The notes beneath the pieces are model-generated. The model ran no database searches. It saw nothing but the letters and a program-made list of their open reading frames with translations, and was not told where the DNA came from. A program made the position numbers and the translations under genes. From Eledone cirrhosa (Eukaryota): a stretch of 64,000 nucleotides of DNA. Shown piece after piece: positions 42,865 to 56,004 of the stretch (position 1 is the stretch's first letter; each line of letters opens with the position of its first letter). The stretch is taken from positions 80,538,001 to 80,602,000 of the forward strand of contig OZ024747.1 of assembly GCA_964016885.1 (NCBI GenBank). The letters run 5' to 3'.

Positions 42865-43245
42865 AATGATAAATAAAAATCCGTATGGTAGCAAATGGGG
42901 TCCCACGTGCTGGGCTCTCCACAGCCCCGGCGGACGGGATGGAGAAGTCGTTTCCCCGGAGGATGGTAAGGGAGATACGCTGGAAGAGTCATTCCAAATC
43001 GCGAGGCTCACACCTGCGGCTGGCCAGCTCAGCGCCTATGGTGGTGAATAGGGAGGTAGCCCTAGGACCGAGGAACCAGAAGTCTCCACTGACAAGGGCA
43101 CGATCGCGAACTTGTCGGAGAGCGACCGGTACTTGTTGGAGAGTTTGGCCTCCTCAGCCCGACGTGCAGCAGTACCTGAGTTAGTCGCAGACTGCACCAG
43201 GTTGCGGCTGGAGAAAGTGTCGCTACAAGTTGCGTCCCAGAATAT
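42865..43245 (-). mobile_element. CRE-clade-like non-LTR retrotransposon 3' fragment (restriction-like endonuclease C-terminus)
   Basis: GC-rich island; minus translation WDATCSDTFSSRNLVQSATNSGTAARRAEEAKLSNKYRSLSDKFAIVPLSVETSG, then after a frameshift LGPRATSLF..LFQRISLTILRGN. Confidence 0.8.
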
Positions 43246-43619
43246 GTTTTGAATAAAACTTTACATCCTTCGTTCAATGCAGTTAGATATATTGTCTAGA
43301 AATTGGATACAACATAATATCTTTCATTTGTCTTTTGGGGGTTAACAGAGGTTTCCAAATCAACTCTCCAATTTGGAACTTGATGGTAACATAATAAAGT
43401 TGATGTCTACCTCGTACACCGTGAGTAGTTCTAATTTAAACGCATTCTTCTAGATTTCTCTGGAGGTTTTCAATAGAATCTGACATTTGTAGTTTGAAAC
43501 AAAGTATATGTATATATTTTAAACTTCAATATGATGTACAATTTCTCGTTTTTTTATACGCAAATATTTACATATTTGTCTTTTTAATGCCATTTATATA
43601 AGTTTGAGTTTATATATAA

Positions 43620-43674
43620 AGTCTTGTCTGATGACCCTGTGAGTGTTCATGTGAAACTCCAGAGTTACAAGGCT
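43620..43674 (+). ncRNA. Type I hammerhead ribozyme
   Basis: AGTCTTGT-CTGATGA-(imperfect stem II)-GAAA-CTC ca GAG-TT-ACAAGGCT, followed ~25 nt later by (TA)n. Confidence 0.75.
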
Positions 43675-43693
43675 CACTACTTAGCCATAATAA

Positions 43694-43781
<88 letters not shown>

Positions 43782-43811
43782 AGATCTAAAGATGGTTAAA
43801 AGAGTTCCATG

Positions 43812-43882
43812 TATTTTATTATGCGCATTTCAAAAACAAATATCATCATGGGATGATATTTGCGTTCTCATCACATAAAATA
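43812..43882 (-). ncRNA. Hammerhead ribozyme at PLE 3' end (first core C mutated to G)
   Basis: TATTTTAT-gTGATGA-[long stem II CAAATATCATC..GATGATATTTG]-GAAA-TGCGCA-TA-ATAAAATA. Confidence 0.75.
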
Positions 43883-44063
43883 GGGAGACTTGATATGAAC
43901 CTTAAAAAACACTTGCGAGCAGTGAAGTGTTAAATCTATATATGAAAAATAAAACAAGATGGATATATGAGAAAAAAGAAGGAAAAGGTAATGAAGAGGA
44001 AGAAAGAAAATAAAGGATGACGGGGAGGAGTATAAGAAAGAAGGATGAGAGAGGAGGAGAAAT

Positions 44064-44102
<39 letters not shown>

Positions 44103-44665
44103 CCTTTAATACTGAGAAACACTGTCTCACAGAGAGAAATAAAAAAAAAACCTTGTAAGATAATACATAATTTAAAAAATTTTGAAATTAAAAGTTAATG
44201 AGGTTTATGAATGGTGATGTTTATGATTAAAGAAAAAGGAATTAAGAATAGTATTTATTTAAGCTTTATATATTCAAGGGTTTAATAATAACTGCGAAAA
44301 GGAATTTATTAATATGTATTATTAAAATAAAAATATTAAGGAGATAAGGTGAATGAAAAAGAGATTAAATGAATTATGAACTTAGAGGAATTAGTTAGGG
44401 TCTAAGTTTGTTTCTATCTATTGTAATATGAAAAAGTAAATAATAGGTTTAATACGAGCACGGAAGGAGAGTAGAAAGAAGAACATTTAAGGAAGAAAAA
44501 ATATATAACGTCAAAAAAATATATGTTTACAAAATTTACTAATGGTAATATTAGTATATATTTAAAATATAGTTTGTATGGCCAAGAATATAAGGAAAAT
44601 GCTATAGTGAGTCATACTATGAATTAAGAAGTAATTGAGAAGTAAAAGTTACAGATTAAAGATTA

Positions 44666-44785
44666 GAAAAGAAAAAAGAAAAAAGAAAAAAGAAAAAAGA
44701 AAAAAGAAAAAAGAAAAAAGAAAAAAAGAAAAAAGAAAAAAGAAAAAAGAAAAAAGAAAAAAGAAAAAAAGAAAAAAGAAAAAAG
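44666..44785. repeat. (GAAAAAA)n tract inside the PLE 3' UTR
   Basis: Direct read. Confidence 0.95.
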
Positions 44786-47361
44786 GATAAAAAAGAATAA
44801 AAATAGGGGACGCCTAACGACATAGAATGAGTAAATTGTATAATATAATATACTGAAATAAGGTAGAAAGATGGGTATATTTGTAAAAGATATAAAAGTA
44901 TTTGAGAAAAGAAGATTTAAAACTAATTAGGTAGTGAGATATTAGCTGTATACTTTATGGAAAGTTCTATGGGATTTATGCAAGCAGAGCGAAAATAAAT
45001 CCGTACGTCTATTTATTATAGAATTAAAATTAGAGATAATGGTAAATTTCTCGGCTAGGCAGAGATTACATGTTCTGGATAGGGAAGAATTCCGGTAAGG
45101 AGAGGCGTTGCAAACCTTCCTCCAAGAAATGTTGTAGTTAATATTTTTGTCTTTTAAGGACCATATGAGTTGTGAGAGTGCTGTGTTAGTTCTTTTAAGT
45201 TGGTATTTAAAAGACGAATTGTGATTAAAAAATCTTGCTTTAAAGGAAGTGGAAATGGAACCAAAATAGGTAAAAGAATTAGTACCAGTTATAACCTTAC
45301 ATTCATACACTAAATTTTTATCAAGACATTGGTTATTAAGAGGACATTTAGTTCTAACAGGGCAATTACAATTACGATTAGAGAAATTACCAGAGTTATT
45401 AAGAAGTGACCTAGTATTATTTATAGAAGGAATTGGATTGGAGAAGTTATTTACGATAGGTGCTAAAGTTTCCTGATTTAGATTGGTGTTATGAACATTC
45501 GACAAAGTTACGTTTGACGTCGTATTTAAATTTACTGAATCTAGCCTAGAGTTAACATTGACGTCGGGTTTACTATAGCTATTATTATGACGCTCAGTGT
45601 TGGATGGATATAATTTATTATTTAATATTTTATTATTATGTTTAGAGATAATGTTAGAGATGTTGGAAGTGGTGGAATAAGAGAATTTGATTATATGTTT
45701 GTTAAAGATCTTACTATAGATATGCGAGGGAGGGAAGCATTTATCTAAGGCCCTAAAAATTAGTTTAGGAATATTACTAGTAATAGATAGAGAAAAAGGA
45801 GCGTTGTACCAAATCATATTTTTGTATCTAGGTCTTTTATTTAAGTTATTGGAATGTTCATAACTAACTATTTTACTATAAGTCCTTCGATGATTGGTTT
45901 CTTTACTATATTTAATTTTGTCAGGATAACCGGCTTTGGAAAGCGCATTATTATAATAATTGGCATTAGCGTCGAAGATAACTTTATTAGAGGATAGATT
46001 TGAGATTCTTTTTTCAACATTACTGACTATAGCATTTTAAACGTTAATGGGGTGGTTAGATTTAAAATTAACATAATTTAGATTCTCATTGTCTTTATGG
46101 TAAGGGTAATATAGGCCGGTGTCAAGATTAAGGGATATATCCAGGAAGTTAGCTAGTTTGACGTTGTTTTCAAATTCAATTTTTAGGTTATGGTGCTTAA
46201 ATAGATCAAGTATATTATTCTTAATAATATTAAGGTTAACTAAGTTACAGTTTAAGACAGTAAAAAGGGCATCGTCACGATAAATTCCACCGCGAAGTTG
46301 AGGAATTTTCCGATTTAAAGAATTCAAAATAAAGATACCAATCAAGTCCGTCAATTGCGCTGAATCCGACGAACTCATTGTGATATCAAAATTGTTGGAA
46401 GTATCAGCTTTAGTCCAATATTCGTTGTTGAATTCCAGGATAGTTTTTCTTGCGGTGAGAATGATGTAAAGTTCATCTGTGGTAATGTCAGAATATTTAA
46501 ATGCGAAAGATAGAGCGTTGTTGAGGAGTGAAGTCGAAATAGAAGAATAGTAACTGGCAATGTCAAACTGAATAAATTTTTGTTTGTTTTTATTATTCAG
46601 GTCATTGAACCAGTTAATTACATCAGATGTACCAATCCATAAATTTAAGTTAAAAATAGAGCAATTAGAACGAACCTGTGGGATAATTCTATCCAAGATG
46701 TATTTACTAACAACCCCCAGATCTGATTTAGAGGGGGCGATTAGTTTAACAGGCAGTTCCGTTCGAAATTTAATTTTATGATCCTTAAGATTTATCCTCG
46801 GAGTTCTTGGGAAGAATGGTTCGGTCTTTTTCTCGATGCCAAGTTTAGACATAATCTCAGAAGCTTCCAAGTTTATAGATTCCAAATTGTCATGGTTAGT
46901 TTTACGATAATTCTTCCTTAGTTCCTTAAGAATAAGGTTATTATACTTATCATTAGATACACCATATAAATTATTAGTTTTGTCGGAATGGACTAAGACC
47001 TTTTTTTAGAGGAATTAAGGTCCGAAATCGTATTCCTGAGATTTATAAGGTGCTCCTCTATAAGGGTTTCTCTTGAATTTAAGACCTCTTATAATATTAG
47101 TTAATCCTTCCTCAAACTGCGCTAGATTTTTATTGAAAGGAGGATTTCTTCTAGAGTTAAATAAATAAATATATATATTGTTATACTTGGGGAGGGTCAT
47201 ATTGTTGTAATAATATTGCCAGAAATAATAACAGAACACACTCACTGTTTGGTTGGTTTTCGCTTCTGCATCTTTCATATCTCCTTAGTTAATTCATTTG
47301 GCCATCAATATGTATCATTGACTGACCAACGGTCACAAATACAGATATAAATACATATATA

Positions 47362-47410
47362 TAGTCAAAAGTTCTTTCGTTGCACATCTGCAACATCATC
47401 AGTGGTACAA
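47362..47410 (-). ncRNA. Hammerhead-like motif related to 24750-24796
   Basis: CA-CTGATGA-T-GTTGCA gatg TGCAAC-GAAAGAACTTTTGAC. Confidence 0.65.
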
Positions 47411-47472
47411 TTATCATGTTTCCCCCTACTGTATTGTATGTATTGTAATGTCTACGCTATTTTTATTTTATT

Positions 47473-47547
<75 letters not shown>

Positions 47548-47556
<9 letters not shown>

Positions 47557-47805
47557 TAAAAAAATAATGAATAATACAATGAAACAGTTCCTTATATTAA
47601 ACAAAAAAAGTTCATTATTTAACGATCGTTTCTAGGACATATATGTGTTAGAATTGGCATGCATATTCAAAAAAGATCTATGTACAAAATTATACAAAAT
47701 TATACAAACTATCAAATAGAATATACATACCAACACATACATATGCCGTCTTCAGAAATAATGAAGTATACAACACATACATATGCCGTCTTCAGAAATA
47801 ATGAA

Positions 47806-47810
<5 letters not shown>
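47548..47810 (-). mobile_element. Solo 3'-terminal fragment of the 54-62 kb PLE family carrying its hammerhead (47611-47765)
   Basis: Matches 54157-54374 with some divergence, flanked by (TA)n on both sides; 40-bp tandem duplication 47731-47770/47771-47810. Confidence 0.85.
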
Positions 47811-47861
<51 letters not shown>

Positions 47862-48036
47862 ATACTTTGGGAGGGTCATGTTGTATATAATTTGTTGTAT
47901 CATGTTTTACGAACCAGAGCCACCAGTTCTACCCATTGTTAATCAAACTAACTTAAACGATATATATATATTCTTAAAATATAAGTTAAAATATATATGT
48001 ATTGTTACGTTGACTGTTTCTATGCTTATGTCTATG

Positions 48037-48098
<62 letters not shown>

Positions 48099-48349
48099 CA
48101 TATGCATAATTGTACATCAATATCACACCCTCTAACGACCGCCACACGAATAATATTTTTCAAAATTTATCTAGCGTCTATAATAACGGTTCTTTTGTTT
48201 TAATGTATCCTTGTTAACTTATACCCCTTGTTAACTTTTACCTCATACCCTGTTAACTTATACCCCTTGTGATTTTGAATTTTACCGATAACAGGCTTAT
48301 ACTATTACGTTTACGCTAAGGTATGTCTATATCTTAACACCAAATATTA

Positions 48350-48409
48350 TATATTATCTGATGAAAGCATACTAAAATTCAGTATCCTTGAAAAACCTAT
48401 AATAAAATA
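48350..48409 (+). ncRNA. Hammerhead ribozyme, diverged relative of 8651-8716
   Basis: TATATTAT-CTGATGA-AAGCATACT..AGTATCCTT-GAAA-AACCTA-TA-ATAAAATA; downstream flank homologous to 8717-8760. Confidence 0.7.
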
Positions 48410-48446
48410 AATATGGTATTATAAATATATTTTCCGTTTATTAATA

Positions 48447-48630
48447 TTTGTTTCTACTTTAGGCACAAGGCCAGCAATTACCCAGTGCATTACTGGTACT
48501 TTATTTTATCGACCCCATAAGGATGAAAGGCAAAGTCAACCTCGGCGGGATTTGAACTCAGATCGTAAAGGGACGTAACTATGCTGGAAAGCATGGCGTC
48601 CGAACCTTTACCGATACTGCAAATCCACCG
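48447..48630 (-). mobile_element. SINE family 1 with TSD, inserted into a hammerhead-bearing pseudo-LTR fragment
   Basis: CCGTTTATTAATATT on both sides (~48434 and ~48628). Confidence 0.9.
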
Positions 48631-48862
48631 TTTATTAATATTGTTAATATATATATAGCTGAAGGCAAGTTTAAATTTGAGCGAGTAAATGATACACTGA
48701 TGTCGAATAGATTGAGGAACGTTTGTTGCTGAGTATATCATAGAAACAAACAGACATATGTGAAAAATCCTTACCTCTAACTCTATCAACAATGTGGAGT
48801 GATGCTGTAAAGTTAGACGAAAGAAAATGATATGCATTACGTTGTATATGTGAGAGAGCGGA

Positions 48863-48991
<129 letters not shown>

Positions 48992-49792
48992 GGGAATTGA
49001 GATAAAACACAGTTAGCTGTGCTCCATACAGCAACGGTTTCTAAAGGATATCAGAAAAGTAGTATATCATGTTCACTCTGTCATTATATAATATAAATAT
49101 ACAATGGAGAAATTGTGAAATTGGAGTTATCATGAAAAAACGTTTTACACGAATGTAACAGGAAGAAACTCTAATTCGACGTACTACAGAGTTCATATTC
49201 ATACATGTGTGTGTTTATGCTTGTATGTGCGTGTTGTAAAGTCGACCTCCCTCATCCTGTACATATTCAACCTCCTTAGTCATGCAGGTGATCTCTTTCT
49301 CACAGGCAATCTTGCTGAGTTGAAAAAGCATGGAGATATTCTACTTATCGCAGTGAGAAACAAATTTCGGTGAATTGCTGCCATGATAGCCTCTGTTAGC
49401 CAGTTATCGAGGACATCAGCGAAGAACAAACCCTGTCCAGCTCGGAAAAAGGGTTAGAGGTAAATGTGATGTTGTTTCTCATACGGCCAAACAAATATCC
49501 TCGCCTTTTTTGTAGTGCTGGACAAGCGAAACATTTAAAATAGTGTTATGCCTGACTACATCTTGGAGACGTGTCAAAGACAGGACCCTCATCATTCCTT
49601 TTCGAACATCATTCTTGTGGACACCCAATACACGCATTTGTGAAGGTAACATGACCACGGAAAACCACAGGTGTCTAGCAAAGTGACCCATTAGATCAAA
49701 ACGTCTTTGCATTGGCTCTTAAAGACAATGCTAAATTAATCCGCTCGCATTTCAAAATCCAGTATCAGGACGATGCACATTGGGTGGTTTTG

Positions 49793-49945
49793 TTGAGTTT
49801 GAGATTAAATCCCGCCTAGGTTAACTTTGCCTTTAATCATTCCGGGGTCGATAAATAAAGCACCAGTAATGATGCACTGGAGTCGATTTAATCAACTTCC
49901 CCCCACTTCAAATTGCTGGCCTTGTGCCTAAACTAGAAACAATAT
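49793..49945 (+). mobile_element. SINE family 1 variant, head-truncated
   Basis: AAATCCCGCC..GTTAACTTTGCCTTT..GGGGTCGATAAA..GGCCTTGTGCCTAAACTAGAAAC. Confidence 0.8.
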
Positions 49946-50697
49946 ATTGGAAAATATTTCATATATACATATTTATTTCACTAATATATACTCATATTCT
50001 TATTTTGGTTCGTGCCAGATGTATTCCCAGAAGCAGTAAGATATTTTTTTTCTTTCTTAAATGTAATAATAAAAAATAATTATTCGTCAACAACATATAG
50101 CTATATTTTTCATCCCAGATAAGAAGACCATATATTATTGCCAAATAAGAGATCAAATGGGTAATTTCCTCATTTGATAATATCGAAACTTGATTTAACT
50201 CTGCGAAAATGCAATAAGTTGTTCATTTTATCTCGTTGTAATTTAGTTTTATTTAAGAATAAAAAGTGAACAATCTCGCGCAAACAGAAACCAAAATATT
50301 AAAAACAGCACGCCCCCCCCCCCCCCACTACCACTGCAAAAACAAAATCAACAGTAATAACATTATTGCTACTAATAATAACAATAGCATATGAATAAAT
50401 GAATAACATTATCTTTTTCCTATAATTTATCTTAATCTATCTGAACTGCCGTAAAAGCAAACATGGCGAATATTAGTCATATATATATATATATATATAC
50501 TCTCAGATTCTGTAAGTAGTTTTCCATAAGAACATATCAAAACACTATAAAAGCTGTATGTTTATGGATGTAAATGTATGTATATGTGTATCTATGCACA
50601 TATAAATCTGTGCTGTGTCTAATATACATACACATATATATCTATATCTATGTATATATATATATATATAAATATATGTTTATATATATAAATATAT

Positions 50698-50747
<50 letters not shown>

Positions 50748-50766
50748 ATGTGTGTGTGTGTGTATG

Positions 50767-50936
<170 letters not shown>

Positions 50937-51497
50937 ATTATGTGTATATATATATATATGTTTGTGTGTATTTGTGTGTGTGTGATTGTGTGTTTGTGTG
51001 TGCATATTCTTGTTGGGGCGTATGAGTCAGTGTTTGTGTTTCAAATAAAATGTCTTAAAAATTAAGGCATAACTATGTAGACAACAATCGGATTGAGTGT
51101 CAGTAAAGAAAACACTAATAGTTTTATGGCTTCAGACGCCGAGATGTCAGTGATAAGCAGCCGTCGAAATGAGGCCCCAGGGTAACGGACATGAAAAAGA
51201 GCTTACTGGCCTCTGTTGGCGATTACTCTAATTTTATTGATGTGCAAGTAAAACTGCTGCCTTTCATAATATTTTAGGAGAGCAGAAAGCCATATCGGAA
51301 TTGTACGTAAATTACATTGGTTTACTTCGCATTGCAATGATAAGGTAGACATTAGACAGAATTTTACTAAACCAATTTATATGACAGCGTTGCTATAAAG
51401 CAGTGACCATCGTTTCGTGTAGATAGAAACATACACACACACACACATACACACATGCATATATGTGAATACATGTATGATATATGAATACATCAAT

Positions 51498-51583
<86 letters not shown>

Positions 51584-51623
51584 TATATATGTATATATTT
51601 ATATATATATATGCATATATATG

Positions 51624-51729
<106 letters not shown>

Positions 51730-52095
51730 CATACATATATATATACATTTTTGATTCATATTCTCACATGTTACTATCTCTGACCAGCTTAAATATACAG
51801 GACATTTACAGTGAAGTTTAATTTCAAATATACAAAGTTATTGCTATTAGAAATACCATTATTCATTTAGTTTATATCGAGATGTAATATATAAATATAA
51901 ACAAACACACACACGACATCACCAACATTATGCTTCCTAATAATTCTGATTCAATACGAATGAAACAGTTCTAATCCTCTACAATTCATTTCTTTATAAA
52001 ATATATATACTTATAACCTACTAAAGTATTGCGCCTCATTTCACTTTGGGTTTTCCCGATCCACATCGAAAGACAATCATTTCATATGTGTATTA

Positions 52096-52290
52096 GGCGG
52101 TGGATTGGCAGTATCGGTATAGGGTCTGACGCCATGCTTTGCTTTGTAGCAAAGAGTTACGATCCTTGCCATTCTGAGCTCAAATCCCGCCGAGGTTAAC
52201 TTTGCCTTTCATCCTTACGGGTCGATAAAATAAAGTACCAGTAATGCACTGGAGTAATCGCTGACCTTGTGCCCAGAGTAGAAACAATTA
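52096..52290 (+). mobile_element. SINE family 1
   Basis: Full head-to-tail match to the family consensus. Confidence 0.9.
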
Positions 52291-52478
52291 TATATGTGAA
52301 TTATATAAGTCAGCAAGTATATTTAGCTATATCACTAAAATGGAACGATTCGTACGAGAAAACACCTATACCGAGACATATGTATGTATATTATTGAATA
52401 TACCTACATATTGTATGTGCTTTCATATAACATTTCATCTGGGTGAACCTACAGTAACTTCACGTTACACTCCTTGGG

Positions 52479-52511
<33 letters not shown>

Positions 52512-52571
52512 GTATATATATATATATATGTATATATATGTATATATATATATATCTAATATATATATGTG

Positions 52572-52604
<33 letters not shown>

Positions 52605-52622
52605 GTATATATATATATGAAT

Positions 52623-53518
<896 letters not shown>

Positions 53519-53522
53519 TATG

Positions 53523-53573
<51 letters not shown>

Positions 53574-53574
53574 C

Positions 53575-53644
<70 letters not shown>

Positions 53645-53679
53645 TATGTATATATATATATGTATATATATATATATTC

Positions 53680-53980
53680 TTTTTGGTAAATATCATCTTG
53701 GTTAAGAGAGTGGGACTGGCTTTGTGCAGTGCCTTTGCTCACTATAAAAGCTTCACGGCACAGGCATTGCTTTATATCTGGAGATCTCTCTGCACTTGTC
53801 GTCACATGGTACCATGGACCCAGCACTATGTGTCAATAATTGTCACAAGTGTAGTGTTTGTACCAGAGTTTTCAATACGCTGGCTGGACTAAAAAGTCAC
53901 ACTTGTTCAGGGCATCGGTAGGATTTCTCCTACATGGATATAAAGTAGTGGCCGTACTCGAAAACGAGTTGGCAGCCACC
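53680..53980 (+). mobile_element. LINE 3' end (RTE/BovB-like) with terminal zinc-finger-like peptide and 3' stem-loop
   Basis: HKCSVCTRVFNTLAGLKSHTCSGHR* followed by CTCG-AAAA-CGAG hairpin just before (TA)n. Confidence 0.65.
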
Positions 53981-54219
53981 ATATATATATATGTATGTAT
54001 ATATATATATATATATATATATGTAGATAAATCTACCAAGAGTTTACGGTAGTGTCCAATCCGTATGAAGAACTCAATGTAATCCGGATATCATGGAAAG
54101 AAGAGATGCAATGAAAAATCACTTTCGGTGAAAGATAAACGGAATCCAGAGTCAAGATAAAATATTAAAAAAATAATGAATAAAACAATGAAACAGTTCC
54201 TTATATTAAACAAAAAAAG

Positions 54220-54374
54220 TTCATTATTTAACGATCGTTTCTAGGATATATATGTGTTAGAATTGGCATGCATATTCAACAGATCTATGTACAAAATTAT
54301 TCAAAATTATACAAACTATCAAAATTAAATATACATACCAAACACATATATATGCCGTCTTCAGAAATAATGAA
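54220..54374 (-). ncRNA. Hammerhead ribozyme, inverted copy of 61551-61705
   Basis: Reverse complement of the same motif within the inverted pseudo-LTR arm. Confidence 0.85.
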
Positions 54375-55358
54375 ATATATTTATTGATAATAACAACAAT
54401 TCAAAATTACAGGTCTGTTTGGGAGCAGAGTTCAAATTGACCAATGAAAATACAAAAAGTTTATACAGTTAGGTGTGTGTATATATATGTAAGTAACTTC
54501 GTTCACAGATATGCATAAAGATATATGTTCACATGCATACGCATGCCAAAAAGATGTATGTAAATACAGAAATTCAAGGCTAATGTCTCTGTATGTTTAT
54601 AATCTACAGATAAAATACGTATGCACATATAAATATAAAATAAATATATACACACATTCATATACTCACACATATACGTACATTCACACACACACGCGCG
54701 TATACGCATAAACATACACACAACCACGAACATACATACACACATACACCCCCACACACATATATATGTGTGTATATACTATTATCATAAGCATATGGAC
54801 ATTAATGCGCGCACATAAACAGTGCCACACACATTTAGATCCAGATACAGAAAGTAAGTGGGCGGGGGGGAAGAGGTTAGTATTCACCGGTGTCAACACA
54901 CTGCCTATTTATAAATGTATCTATAAACTTAGAAATAAAAAGAAAAGAAAAAGAAAAGAGAAATATATCAAGAAAATATATATATATATATATACACATA
55001 CACACACACACATATATATACATATATACACACACATATATATACATAGACATATATATAAACAAGTAAAATATAAAATATACATCGATATACATACATA
55101 TACATATATACATATATATATATATACACACATACACATACATGCATATACATACATATACATACACATATACACAAACACATACATACACACACATATA
55201 CATACACACACCATATAAATACACATACACATACACACACGCATACATATAGAGACACATGCATATACACATATAAATACATAGACATATACACACATAT
55301 ATATATATATACATACACATACACGCATACATATATATATATACATTCACAACACACG

Positions 55359-55445
<87 letters not shown>

Positions 55446-55662
55446 CTACACACATATATAAATACACTCATGTATATACACACATACACATACATACCTA
55501 CACATAAATATATATATATATATATACACACATACACATACATACACATATACACATATACATATATATATATATATATATACACACACATATATATATA
55601 CACACACACATACATACACATACACATATATAAAGATATATATACACACACACCCACATATA

Positions 55663-55703
<41 letters not shown>

Positions 55704-56004
55704 CACACACATACATATATATACACACATACATACACACACATACATACTCATACATAGACATACATATATACACACACACACACATATATACACATAC
55801 ATATACGCATATATACACATACATACACATCCATGTATGCGTATATACATACAAAACAAACACCACCACACGCTCACACAACTCAGACATACATAGATAA
55901 AGGGATATACATACACGTATATACATATATAAATAGAGATACATATACATATATAAATATATACACACATACACACACAAACACACATACATATAACTGG
56001 TAAC

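Larger units (their letters stand above)
43776..47155 (-). mobile_element. Decayed Penelope-like element (Hydra-like), RT + GIY-YIG + ~1.2-kb 3' UTR
   Basis: ORFs 46037..46885 (FIQFDIASYYSSI, GGIYRDD, NFLDISL) and 44942..45817 (CNCPVRTKC, LVYECKV..YFGS, CNLC); homologous to 56005..58080; broken by frameshifts; 3' end abuts (TA)n. Confidence 0.93.

Noticed and set aside
49250-49790. Slightly GC-richer segment with 77-aa ORF
   Set aside because: No recognisable motif in the frames read; possibly an old element but unsupported.
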